DNA of 57,755 nt, counting the filler, from Catajapyx aquilonaris (lineage: Eukaryota): NCBI GenBank assembly GCA_000934665.2. It is 2 parts of 2 records of this genome, joined end to end, with 100 filler letters (N's around TTAATTAATTAA, not from the genome) between each part and the next. Parts side by side here need not be neighbours in the genome. Positions count along the whole stretch, not along the records: positions 1 to 28,831 come from JYFJ02004864.1; positions 28,932 to 57,755 come from KZ539237.1. One strand, written 5' to 3'. The notes under the pieces are model-generated. The model worked only from the letters and a program-made list of their open reading frames with translations. It did no database searches and had not been told where the DNA came from. The position numbers and the translations under genes are program-made. Below, piece by piece: positions 26,101 to 39,800 of the stretch (the first letter of the stretch is position 1; every line of letters begins with the position of its first letter).

Positions 26101-28831
26101 AACACATCATATTTTTCGCATGTTCACACTAGATCCTCACGATTTCTCTCACCTGGTTTGCATAGCACATTAAAATTTTCTGGCATAATATTACAACTCC
26201 CTGCGATTTTCCGGGCTAATAAGCTTCAATCATAAATATAACGGGTCTCTGCACCCGGACAGACAATGGAACAGAAGGAGAAAATGTTCCAGCTCCCGGA
26301 ATTGGCGAACAACCAGGCCAGCTGTAAAGCCCTCCCATTGCGGCCAGCGAAAAGCCAGACATTTGCACCGACCGAGTGTGACATTACAACCATCAGGATT
26401 TTGTAAGGTCCAAAAGAGTCTACACGGTGCTGCCAGAACCTACACACAAAAAAAACCTTGGAAGTGTCTGCGGATTCATTCCCTGCGACGATGTTACCTG
26501 CTGGAAATTGACTCTCTGAGAAAGGAGAAAATTGTGTTTGTAGGTCTGCGGCACCAGGATCTCGTTAGCATAAAGTGTGGGTGGAGAATTGTCGTCTTCA
26601 GCCTGTGAACTATGGCTCCATTACTGGCTGGGGCTTACGAGTGTCCCCGTAGTCGAGTTGGAGCAGTCACCAAACTGCTGCTCTTCCTATTGGACCCCAT
26701 GGAAAAAAAAACCAGGAAAAAAAGTGTAGAGACTGTAGACACATCCAAGGCTCGTACTTGGAGAGATCCGCTGGAAAATTGGATAGGAAGCCCGGGTATT
26801 GAGGCCAGGCTGCTGGAAGTGACGCTGCCAATGATTCCCTGCTCCTGATCCCTGACCCTTGACCACTCTCAACTTCTTGTTAGTGCGGAGGATGTCGACC
26901 CACGAGTAGAAGCAGTTTGGGCTCGAATTGGGGGCCAGCCAGGAGAGATATCTGACACTTGAAAATGTGCTGGACTGTGCAAGAAAAAGACGAATATTCT
27001 TATCTGTAACACGGCTGCCGAGAAAGAATCTTGAACCTTCAATAATTCTGCAGGGAGATACTGCAGAGCAATGTAAACAGTCTCCTGGTAAAATGTATAG
27101 TTTGCAAACAAACCGCACGTGGGAAATGGTTTATGTCTGTGGGAGTTTCATGCTCCAAACATTTACCGTGAAATGGCGAAAACGGGGATTGCGGATAAGT
27201 TATATGTTACAGTTTCCGGCCTCCCATGTGGGTCTTGGGTTTTTATCTCCGCCATGTGGACCGCTGATTGAAAAAGTTGAGAACTACTGCCTTGAGCAAC
27301 GGAATGTTTTGCAGTAAAAAAAGTACCGAAGCCACATTATACAGTCTCAACCCCGGAGCTCCATTTATCAGAACTTTTGTTCAAATCCCCGGATAATAAG
27401 CAAACAGTGGGCCATACATTTGCATTACTGTTGGTACTATCCAAGTGTATTAGTGGAAATGCCCGCCAGTGTGTGTAGGACTATTGGTAAATGTGTGAAA
27501 ACTATTGTGCGGTTGATGAATGGTTATGTGTGCACTAATCTGTTGCGAATTTGGGAACATGTGCGGGTTTGTGCGTTAGAGCGAATTTGGCGCATGTGTG
27601 CCAATTTAACGCCAATCGCCCGGAATTTTCCGTGGTGTAATTTTCAAAATTAGCTTGTGCTCCAAAAATTTGAAGCCGTTCTGATATAAAAGGTGTTACT
27701 TAACCCCCGATTTGCTGCGACGGTCGCAAAGGGATTGACAGTCTCTCGGGTGTCGTTTGACCGCCTGAAAAGAAAAAAAAAAACCCCAAAGAGAAACGAC
27801 TCCTCCGACGGACACCGGCAAAGGCGCTTCTCAACTCGAGTGTGAAACCTAACATCATTACCCAGAGTAAGTCCCCACTAATTATGGTCCTGGGCTATAG
27901 CACCCCTTTTCCCTTCATCCCATGCACTTGAAAGAAACAAACTGCTGGCGGGAAGTAAACTTTCTGGGCTTGAAATTGGCCGTCAGTTTCCTCCGCGGTT
28001 TGTTCTGCTCAAGCAGTTATCGCCTTGTGGACTCAAATGCAATTTACTGCTGGGTTGGAACACAGGCTGCAGGTTTGTGCTGCGTGCAGTATTCATTTGA
28101 TTAGATTCGGGGTTGGAGAAAGGGGTCGCTCATAGATGTCTCTTTGGGAAGGGGAGAAAGGCACCCAAATCGATTGCAGCTTTAGTCTCCGGATCCGGGC
28201 GCCCTACCCCCTGGAAATTTATGACTGGAAGGGAAAAGTCGTTTTACATCTAGCTAAGATCCCTAATGCCCCTTGGTCCACGAAATTAAATTCCGAATTA
28301 ACTTGCGTCTTGGCCCTCGACGCGGATGCCCCCGTGGAATTTCCTTCCCCCAAAAAAGTAAATGCCCCGTCCTCCAGACTCTAGCTCAAATGGAGCCTCC
28401 AGGTACCACCCCAAAAATCTGCTCCAAATTACATGCAGAATTTTTGCACATGGGCGATAATGAGCTATCACGCTGGAATCCACGGAATTTGCAGCGGTTG
28501 TTATACAATCAGAGTAAAAGAGCACGCACTAAATATTCATGCTCTGGTACAATACACTGCATTGTCATACATTCCAGATGTAAATAAGTAGATATATTGC
28601 TCATGCATTACCCAATCTTTCATTGTGACCGCTGAATTATGTATACATTTGTCTGAAATTGTGGCCTAAATATTGTATGGGGATCGAAACATGGAGCCGG
28701 CCGACCTGGATACAAAAAGCACAATAGCCTTTTCCTTTTTTGAATACCATGACCTTTTTACGTGATTTTGCTTCTTCTTCCCATCACCCAAGCCGTCCTT
28801 TCTGGTCCCATCTCCTCGGCTCAAGTCGGGA

Positions 28832-28931
28832 NNNNNNNNNNNNNNNNNNNNNNNNNNNNNNNNNNNNNNNNNNNNTTAATTAATTAANNNNNNNNNNNNN
28901 NNNNNNNNNNNNNNNNNNNNNNNNNNNNNNN
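28832..28931. other. Artificial assembly spacer between contigs
   Basis: 44 N + TTAATTAATTAA (28876-28887; stops in all six frames) + 44 N = exactly 100 nt. The right contig starts in a (GA)n run. Confidence 0.97.
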
Positions 28932-28976
28932 GAGAGAGAGAGAGAGAGAGGGAGGGAGGGAGGGAGAGGAGGGAAG
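28932..28976. repeat. (GA)n/(GGGA)n purine microsatellite at the contig edge
   Basis: Seen directly. Confidence 0.9.
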
Positions 28977-29654
28977 GACATGGTTTCCAGGGCAACTCAA
29001 CAGCATTATTAGAACACAGGGGGCCAACATCCAAAGTTCTTTTCGCCTCCTGTGGCCAAGGATGACCTCAGAGGTCAATTCCAATGTGCCTATGTTATTC
29101 CCGGTAAAAAACTACCCCTGGTGATACCCCTGGGGCATATGTGGAGGCCTCCGTATGGATCTGTTTAGGTGACAAAAGACAGACAGACAGATGTAGGTCT
29201 TGAAATATGTATTAGATTACTTACTCTTATTATGACAATTTTGACTCATGCAATTTAAGCTTAACATACGCTTGGGTAATAAGGTCACACTGAGCGTCAT
29301 ACGACCCACGTACCACAGATGATTGAAAATTAGAACAACTCACCACATGACCTCTTTCAGCCACGTATAAAGACGAATCCGTAATAAATATGCGATTAAA
29401 TAAGTAACCCAGGCGAAGTTACCGAAATCAACTAGGGTAATTTTCGAATGTAACATCTCAAGGAAGTGGACACTCTTTCAGGGATACACTCTGCCTCAAC
29501 GCATGTTTATTGCATACGATGTGAGTTAATTATTGCAGGGAAGAAGCAGCGTGGTTTACTTAATAGTGTTCATAACCAATAGCTGCTAATAATACCGTAA
29601 CTACTTTAATCAAAACTTAACTAATCAAAAATGTTCCGGTACGTGCACTTGCAG

Positions 29655-29827
29655 GTGCATACATCGAAAGGCCTCACCACCTGGCGTGTATGTGCCAGAA
29701 ATGCTTCGAGGGCAAACACACGGACAGCCTCCGGTACTCCTTACGAAGGATCCACACGTACCGAGCCCTGGCCAGCCCTGCATGGATCTCACTCACCAGT
29801 CAAGACCCCATCTTGGCAGCCTTTAAG
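29655..29827 (+). CDS. TRPC: TRPC exon: TRP_2 region (AYIERPHHLACMCQKC...YRALASPAWISLTSQDPILAAFK)
   Basis: Acceptor ttgcag|, donor AAG|gtaggc; H-x3-C-x-C-x2-C and YRALASP motifs. Confidence 0.93.
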
Positions 29828-30842
29828 GTAGGCATATTTATGATGCTCTTACACAATCATGTCCTGATAAGAAACAGTACATGTGAAATACCCATTTCCT
29901 CCCCCATCCCCCTCTTCCTCCCGCTCCCCAAAACATTGGGCCAGCTCCTCTACTTCGCCGGGACTACTGTAATCATCGATCGGAGCCATGCAAGTCCTCA
30001 AATGCAACCCCCTTTCCCTCCCTTTCCCTTTTCCCCTTTTCGGTTTCAATATTGAGCATCCTCCTGGTGCAAAGGAGTTAATGGCCCTAGTTTCTCAACT
30101 CGCCCGAAAATCAGATAGGAAGGGAAGCCCCCCCGCGCGCAGATTTCGTATTTATGGAAGTTGTTCGTACATAATGCTAATCACTGATATCAGAATTGAT
30201 TCGCAAAGGGCTATTCTAGAAGGCTAGTGATAAATGCCAAAAACTGTTATGAACATTTGCTTCTAGACAGAATTTATGATTGTCAGTTTATACGTACTGT
30301 ACCATGAATTGTAACTTGTAATATACCACAGAAAAAGCCACATAACTTAATTAAAAATAATTAAAAATACGAAGAATGTGCCATTCGAAGTGAAAAAATG
30401 AATGATTCTTATCCGGTTGTTGAGTGTTTGTTACTTGTTGATATTGAAGAATACTATACACAGACGCGACATTATTGTCCTAACTGGTTAAATGTCATAA
30501 CCGATGTTGTTATGATATATTGCAAAAATGTATAGGCCTACTGCATTTTTCCATTTTCTCAATAGTACATGATTATTGTGTAATCAGTTCTGAACGAGAT
30601 AATGTATCTCACTTTAACACTGTAGCTTATTTATGAAAAGTAAAAAGCTTAACCATATACATAGCAATTACGATGGTGAAACAGACGCCATGACACGTAT
30701 CTTTCTTTCCCTTTTGAACTTTTAAGATGATGCCGAACTATATCAACGATAATGCTATATGTCGTTTAGCACTTCTGGCAAAGTTATAACTGGTTTTATA
30801 GAAAATAATATTCCGCACACATTGTCAGGGAATAATAATAAC

Positions 30843-30878
<36 letters not shown>

Positions 30879-33800
30879 CTTTTTACCCAGTGATAGGATC
30901 CTTTTTTGATGTCCCGACTTTCTTCTTTGCCTGCGCTATTGACGGATTGTGACAGCTGGAGGAAACGGGGGAACCCCGAAAAAACCAACATGAATACAAA
31001 GAGAATACCTTGAAACTATTTCCATGTGATAAATTCCTCTCTACAAACTAAGGGTCGAAAGTGGGACTTCATAGGCTTGACGCTCTAGCCACTACACACT
31101 GAATAAGCCGGCATTATATCATTACAGGAACAAGTTCTTACTTTGAGGGGATGAGAAGTACGAGAACACTCACTGTATCGCATGAGAGTATAGCCCTTGT
31201 CACTTCAGCCTGATTTATAAATGAAATAGCCAATAGATGGAAAGTGCTTCAAAAACTTGTGTGAGCTGCTTCGGGCAGCCCTGAAATCTCCGGTGCTGTC
31301 AACCACTGCCGAAAAGCTAATGGCATTTCAACGGTTGGCTCTCTGGGGTACACGATCATGCTCAATCTTGCTAACCATGTCAAGTGCCTTTAATGAAGCC
31401 CGAGATGCGATTTCGAGCATGTTCAGAGTTCAGTCAGTAGGCCTATATCAAATTGCCCTACTTTATGGCGACGACCATAGCCTTTTATTCTTCTCCCTCA
31501 TATTCTCCTGAGATCACCTAGCAATATTCTTACCAAGCCAGAATGACCTTTGGTAGAGACAAAATAAGCCATATTATGCACATCCTTCAAGATAGTATGT
31601 TCTCACGAGTACAATGGACCAAAATAGGACAAAAAGTCGCACAGTGGTCTTGTCTTTTTAGGCATGTCAAACCGGTTCTATGTCTCAAAAGAACGAGCGG
31701 TTTCATCTAGCTAAGGTCACCAGAATTGATAGTTAAGCTAATGTCGATAAAGTCATTTTACGGCGTAAATCTGTATGCGATAAGGGGGAGAAAGTGCACA
31801 GTGAGAACATACCTTTACTCTACAAAGTATAAAGGCTCTTTTGTTGAAATGGAAAAACACGAACCATGACTTCTGTTCCAATCTTCGTGCACTGTACACA
31901 TCGGGATGCTGCACTGCCCAAGTTTACAGTCCAACAGAGATGTATAATATTCTCGTAGGTGAAACTGGTATGGACTGTTAATTCTAACAACCTAGTTTAA
32001 ACATTTGAAAGACCCAGTAAGACCCACATTATCTTCTCATAAGTGGTTGTTCGATCTTAAACTTCTTCACCTACATTCTTCAGGAATTTTTTGACATTGA
32101 CAGTGTGCCACTCAATCTATACCTATTGCTTTATACCATAAATATTTAAGGAATTTTTAAAACTCTCTCATAAGTTACAATACAGTAGGAATAACAATCA
32201 AGATTACTATAGAACTAATGATCACAATGCAATGACGTAATAGGCACTACGGTTAACAACAAGTTTTGAACGTTGTAGACTGGAAAGCAAACAGTCATGA
32301 TGAAGCCTATATGGCTGATGAAAACAATTTTTCAAAACGTGTCATGCACCAAGTATTCACAGTTATTTACAGGAACATAAAAAGTGGGGACCCAGAAAAC
32401 TCATTACGTGAGGAAATTGAGATCCCCTTGTCCATAAATCCTCCCACCAAATTAATCAGAGTAATTTCTGTGTTGCTAATTCCATAAATAAATCAGACCA
32501 CGAAAGCAAAAAAAAGGGGGCGCAAGAAACCAAGTCGCAGGTGTTCTGATTCACAGGTGAGGGCTTGAACTACTCTCCATCTATCTTTCACGCAAGGCTT
32601 AGCAGTGGATCTCGCCAAAGTAGTCGTCTATAGACTGGCAGGTTACCTCCTAGGAAAACTCGCATTCAGGATCGTGCCTGAATGCGCCAGAAATTTAATC
32701 ACATGATGCTTTTTTTGTTTGGGATCCTCTCTCGCCATTCTGCACTTGACATGTAGGGCTTTCCTGCCAAAAAAAAGGTGTCACTTCCAGCTCAAAATCG
32801 CTTCGCCTAAATCTCTCAGTAACTTCACCTTATAGAGGCTCTGGTGTTGTACAGAAGAAGCTGGGACTCTTCCAGCAAGCGATTGATCGGTTTTGCTGCC
32901 CACAAGGAAAATTATGAATCAGGGACATTGGACCGGGTTTAATTAGCGAGGGCTGGGCAAGAGTGGAGAAAACTGCAGAAAACAATTTCTGACTCAACCC
33001 TTCAATTCTCCAGCCTTTTCCACCCATTTGGTTGCACTTCTCCATTTCGTAGAGATTTTACCACCAGCTCCCTCCCACTTGATTAATGAATTGGTTATTC
33101 TGAAATGAGATTCGGATAAAAGCATTCCAACATTTTTTAGGCTAGGGAAATTCATCTCTGAGCAGATGTCGTTATTGTGCATGCCAGGATTAGATTTCAT
33201 ACAGGGAAATTGCGACCCGGGCATTTTCAGAACCCTTCATTTTCAGTTTAACATGAGTTTTCAGAGGCTATGTCCACACCCTAATTGGAAAGCATTTCTA
33301 GTCGTATGGCTGGAAAAAAATGGGGAGCAATATAGTTATGCCGTTTTCAAGAGATCAATGCGTAAGTGCAGGCCGTGCGTAGGTGCGTGTTGCCATGGAA
33401 ATGGGTTGTGCCGTCATCCGTGCTTGTTTTTCAGGGATAATACGCCAGCACGGGCCTAGTTAGATGATGTGAAAGAGTACGTTTTGTTAGGCATCGCGCC
33501 GGCACAATAATATTATAATAGTGTAAAGGGCTTGACAATATGTGCGGAAAACTGTATAGGTAATCCTCACCTGGTCACCATCATATTTCCAGATCCACTC
33601 ACTTTCTATTCTCTCATCTCGGGATTTTTTAAAGCCAGTATTTCATGAGAGGCAAAATAAGCCTCATATGGCTCATTGGCTTATCTTTATTCAACCAAAA
33701 GTGTCACGCCCATTGTAAAAATAATGCATTCATGATAGTATTTCAATTTCTCCGCACATTTTTTCTCACTGTGATCAAAAAAGATGTGTAGTGCATAAAT

Positions 33801-36800
33801 GTGCAGTATTTTAGTTTAAAGGGTTTTACAGAAGTGCCTCGTGCGAGCTAACCTAATTTGATGCCATTTTAAAGCCATTGCGGCTCAGTTTTCATCCACT
33901 GTGTACACTAAGGAATCGATCTGTGTATGATATTCCAGGACACGGCTTAATCTGCGTGACGGTCCAATGATGACAAAAGTTTCCACTTAACAGTATTAAG
34001 ATAAGGACCAAAGTTTGGCGAATGCAGGTATGAAAAGCAATGAGCTTTCTACTTATCTTTTCCGCAGTTGTCGTGGGAACTGGAGAGGTTGGCTATGATG
34101 GAGAATGAATTCAAAGACACCTACATGGAGCTCAGCGAACAGTGCAAGAGGTACTCCTGTGACCTTTTGGACCAGTGTAGGAGTTCCGAGGAGGTGAGTC
34201 CCACATTATACGAAATTATTGTGTTTTTACCAAATATTATGTAGAACAGTTTCACTATTCACCAGTTAGTTTTACTATGTGACTACCCTTGCATGAAAGG
34301 ACATTAAAATGAAGTAATATTGTAACACCTACTGTAACTGAATACTGGGCAATCCCATTAATGCACCTGATGTATTATAAATAGGTATAACAATGTATTT
34401 TGTACAGTAACAAAACTATTTCTGCAAAGTTACGAATAACAGTTTACACCCTCCCGTACGGTTTCAGACATTTCATAAAAAGCTCAATTAAAAGCCTCAA
34501 AGGGGACAAATAATTCTTATAGCCTACAAAAATAATTTTATTAGTTGAACTTGCATTATCAGGTAAATATACATATGATATTCACTGGTGGAATAATAGA
34601 GGAGACAAGCCAACTCCCAATGAGTTTCTCCTGTAATATAATTATCCATCACGTTATATTGCATACTGTGATTTGGTAACAGACCTTAGGTACCCAGGGA
34701 AACGGCGGTCGTGGCTGATATTAAAGCCAAAATAACCACTAAATTATGTACTAGTCCCAGAGGTGATGAGCATACACTGAAGCTGGAACTGTATAATTAA
34801 AAATACATCATATGGTCTTGTTTACCACCGAGAAGCTAATGAATATGTATAGGTACGGTACGTGAAACATGAAAAAAGTGGCAGGAACCTATGTAATATT
34901 AAGTTACTTGGAGGCAAAAATGATCAGAGTGCCCTCGTAATATTTTTAAATGTCAGGTGTCCGTTTTTCGAATACTGAATATAAAGGTGGAGATGGAGTG
35001 TGAGTATTGGAATGTCACATAATTTCAGAAGGCGTATGGCGTGTGGATGTTCGATTTTAACAGTTAGCGTTACTTTTAGGAGCTTTCAGGGTCCTTTCGA
35101 TGTTTTATGAGTGACATTTGATTACAATGACAGCCAATTCTAGGATCTTTGACATGCTACTTAAAACGTAATGTACAGTTGCTTAAAACATTAGAAGTCA
35201 CATCGCCGGCACGGTTGTCCCATCCAGTCCCATTATGCAACAGCCGCTTGATCTATAAGCATCATGTTTACAAGTTAAATTCCAGCGGTTTGAGGAGATA
35301 AAAATTAATTTCCTTTAAACTATATTCTTGACAATATAGGCCTGCGCCTATTTCTGAGTGAATGGAAATTGCAAGTCCAGGCAAGGCAAGGGTGGTATAG
35401 TTTAGCCCAGGACAAAAGGCAGTCCAGGGTGCCACTTTTTATCTTATATTGTGCTGTGTTCCACTGTTCAGGCAGCGAATGCCTGGGCATGTCCCTGAAC
35501 CTCTTTCCCTGACGGTGTCGGGTACGATTTTACCTTTGACTGGCATCTCCACATTGTCATGGTGGTTGGGCTCCCGTGCTTTTCCTTCCAGAGAGCTCTA
35601 TCGGCAAGAGATGCGGAAAATACTCCTCAGAGTATATTTAGCGTGACATGGGACCTAAATGACTTCCTTGCTCGCCAGTGCCTGATATTCATGGCATGCC
35701 AACTCCCTCGAAAATACCAAACTCATCATACAATATCTTCTTTGGATCAGGATGTGTGTGGGTGTGGAAGGGGATAAGACTGAGTCTGGACTGCCTCGTG
35801 TTTTGGCTAAACAATATTTAGATATCACTGCAGAGAATGTATAGTCACGTGTATTTCGGCTCATTTTTTCCAGGAGCGTTACATTAACACAATAATTTAT
35901 TATATTCCAGGTGATCGCTATTCTTAATAAAAGCAACGGTGGAGATGAGAATGACCCGGAAAGTGAAGAATGTACTCGTCTCTCATTGTCGCGGCTAAAA
36001 CTAGCATTGAAGTACGATCAGAAACAAGTAAGTGCAATGCCATCCCAAATGTAGCATGTAAGGGCCTGAAAATGGATCCATAATCTGCCTGCTAGTTACG
36101 TGTCAATCATGGATACCTTTTCACCACGGAGCATTGCGGTTATTCCGTTTCCCAACTCACTGTGGCATTGTGGTGCTCCATTTGCTTCAACATTAATTTT
36201 CATACATTATTAAATGAGAGCTTCTGCAGTACTTGAACAAAAATATGCTGACTCGGCTCCGTATATACGCACGGAAATTGTACCGCGGCCTAATAGTTCA
36301 CGAGACGGAACTTTCTAAACAAGCGCAAATGTAGCACAAGAACCGCGGCTCTCTATCCCTAAGTATACTAACCTCGCCCTCATAAAGGCACTTAGGTCAT
36401 GTATCATACATAATGCAAGCCGAGTATTCTCCTCCACAAGCGCTGAATATCAAATGAAAGCATTGCATTTCAGGTGGCATATTCTAATGCTCTTTGCTGA
36501 CGTTTAGATGCATTTATGCTGTAGTGAGTATACACATGGTTGTGGTTGCCATTTTAGAATTAAGCAGCCTCAGTGCACTTGTCCTGTAATGAAGACAGTT
36601 AACACAAAAATTAATGTTTTATCCAGAATTTGAGTTAATTTTAAATGCCACGAAGAACTGTCAACTGCTTGCTTTATCAGCATGAACTGTGCCCTGAAGG
36701 CCAAAATCAGTTAAATCATGTTTGGCTTTCATACGGTATAATTTGTAATGTATTTTTGGTGTGAATTGCGATGTTTTCTATTCGTATGTGGTACAAAAGC

Positions 36801-39800
36801 AGTAGAGTGGTTATAAAACACTTGCATTGCCCCTCAGTGAAGGAATGAAGATTCAAATTGAATTATTTACAAAAACATCCGCCTGGCTGTGAGAAATGCA
36901 TGGTGGATCACATGTCCAAAACACCAGATGAATAGCTCATCAGTTACAGTAACCTTCCAACAGGAGTTTCCAATAGTTACGGAATCGCGTATGTAACTCA
37001 GGTGCAGAGCCCCATCGGGAGTGAAAAATGATTCCTGGGTTCACCTTTCCCTGGAAGCTCATAAAGGAAAACTCTTACTGTCGAAGAGGCCCAACAATTT
37101 GGCTGCAAAAAATTAACTTAGCAAGTCATGATTCATTCGAAAAAGCTCCCCCACCTGATCTGCAAGAGAAAAGAAATTGGCCTTGCCTTTTATGAAAATT
37201 ACGCCCCAGTTCCATTAAACACATGCCCTGCAGACTCTTAAGCATGAAACATGATGGTAACGAATTAAAATTTCATGACCACCGGGGCTCAGGATCAGAT
37301 GCACCAAGCCACTCCTGAAAAGCGCCTCCTAATCGATGAGGGTTTTGTAAAAAGAAGCCTGCAACTAAGCGTGGTTTATGCTGCGGCTCCACAACTGTTG
37401 TGTTATTTTTTGCTAACCCTTCCACCGTCAGAATTCACTGCATCCGGTTTTTTTATTCATTCCGTAGTAGACGGCAGGTGCGTTGGGATCAGGTTCCCTC
37501 AGGACGCCAGAAAGGAGGATGCGCTTTTGTTCCTCGCAGAGTTACCCCCGGATTCTAGCAGGAATTTTCCGGTCAGATTCTGACAGAGCTCCAGGCGTTT
37601 ATTTTCATTTCGACGGGCAGTGCTGAGAACATTTTGCGCTAAGCTTGTCTTAATGTCCATATACACGAGTTTGTTCTCATGCACCTGACGCAGATGTCGA
37701 GGAATAAGCGTTACTCTTCATTGTTGATGACTGCGACCATCAACAATGAAGAGGAACGGTAATTCGTTGACAAATAAGGCAACTGTGTAAGAACGTCAAT
37801 GTGCTTTTAAGCTACGGTCTATACTACTGTTTTTCACTTACGAATCTACATCCTTTAATGCATCCTGCAAGGTATTCTGTATCAAGCTAGACATACAATG
37901 TGACATTGTTGATCAACCTTACATCGAACTTTCTTCCAATTAAAGTGTCTGTTTCAATTGGGGTTTTTTGTACCTCTGTTTTTTATTTTAAAGGAGTTAC
38001 CGGTACTTTCTAATAGCTAATTTTCTATACTCAAAGTATTGGAGTAGGTCTATAATATCACTGAGTTGAGTGGAGTAATTATCTTTTACAGATGCAGAAG
38101 GATTTAGCTTTAAATGTGGGTTCAACGTTTCTCCTCTTGGATGACGATGGTTCATAATAGGTCATTTGTAATTATTTAAGCACGGGAATCCAATGGAACT
38201 CAGAATCTGACGGTATTCATCCATTCAACCTGATAGTAGCGTCTAAAAATTTCTGCTAAAAGTAACTGCTTAATAATAAGCATCTTATTGCAGAAAATTG
38301 TTAACTCAAATTGGAGCAAGCTCATATAATACCTTCATGCATGTAAATGTATCCCCCGAAAAATTTCTACTTAAGGCATAGCGCATAGGTATGCTGCTGC
38401 AGAACTGTTGTGTTAATTCAGGCTTATCCAAGTAGGGTCTATCATGGAGCCCGTTTCTTTTCCGCGGCATGGTAAATTCCAGCCTTTCATGTAATCCACT
38501 CCCCATTACAGCCTCTCCTCAACCCTAATACTCCGTGACTATCGCTTGAGAAAAACATGGCCCGACACGATAATCGCACACTGACGACATTCCTAAACCA
38601 AAAGGATTTTTTTTTTTTGCATTCTGTAATGGGACCATGCAGGTCAGCCACGGCCTGCTACATAATTATGTGGAGGATTTTTACTGCTTGTCCGCTAGTA
38701 CTACTTTTGTAATCCTCCGGTGGCTGAGGCGGTAGTTCGTAGGTTGGCCTAATAACACGACCATTGCGCGGGACCGGAGTCATGCTTATTCATGAAATTA
38801 ATTATAAACAGGGGTTGGTTTGAGCTCGCCGCAATCTGCGTCACTCCGTGTGCGCTTGTCCCAAACGCCTATCAGCTTTTCCGACCGACATCAACACTTT
38901 TTTGGGAAGTTTTTTTTGTGTGTGTGCAAGCCAGGGCTCACGTAACAGCTTGATTTGGCGAAACGTTGCAATTTAGAAGGCTTACTCCTTATGCTGTTAC
39001 TAGGATGACGTGGAGCTTCAGGTTGTGTAATGTTCCGAAATGTACACATAATGATTCTGCTGCATGATGACGTTGTTACAAAGGTGAATTTATATTGACC
39101 CATATACATGGCATCAATTTCTCTTTCTGCTAATCACCTCATTAAAATACATTTCCAGAGGCAGCTGCAAAATGAGTAAAAATTTTGTAGGAAAATTACC
39201 TGCCGCGGATCTGCCACCTGATGGATCCATCAGGTCGGGCCTACATTTTGGGGCTCAATCGATACCCAAACTTCACATGATTGAAAAAACTAGTGTGTTG
39301 CATATAGATCACAAAAAGTTTCTCCTCGGCTTGTTTGACTAACTCAGTTTCAGTGCGCAATTCAAACACTGGACTTCGTTCGCGAAACTTTGTTCACTTT
39401 AAATTCACATCATTAATATATCCTTACAACACAATTTTCCAAAGTTCGTACTTCTTCACAAGATAAAGTGTTCGTCTAGGTGTCATATTTAATAACCGTA
39501 ACTTATGATCTTCGTTGGTGTAGTGGCTGTAGTCATTTCAACAGCTTAAAACCTTCAGAAGATACTATAGGATTTATGGATTTTTCTGCATGATTTACAC
39601 CCTATACAACGCAACGTCCTGCATTTATTTAATTGGTTTATTTACACTTGGAAGTGCAATTAGATTTGTTTTTTCTTAATTATTCCAGTATTGCCAAAGA
39701 ATTCCTTCATTGACCACATAATTTATCGTGAACTCTCAGTCAGCCATATTTTTATTTATTTATTTACTAATTTATTTATTTATTTATTTATTTATTTAAT

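Noticed and set aside
28876..28887. TTAATTAATTAA as a biological motif
   Set aside because: It is centred exactly in the N run and is an artificial linker.
32661..32686. 10-bp perfect stem-loop cgcattcagg/cctgaatgcg
   Set aside because: Too short to distinguish from chance, with no CTRR or other element context.
38718..38785. tRNA/SINE A-box-like ggtggctgaggcggtag
   Set aside because: No B-box or cloverleaf follows.
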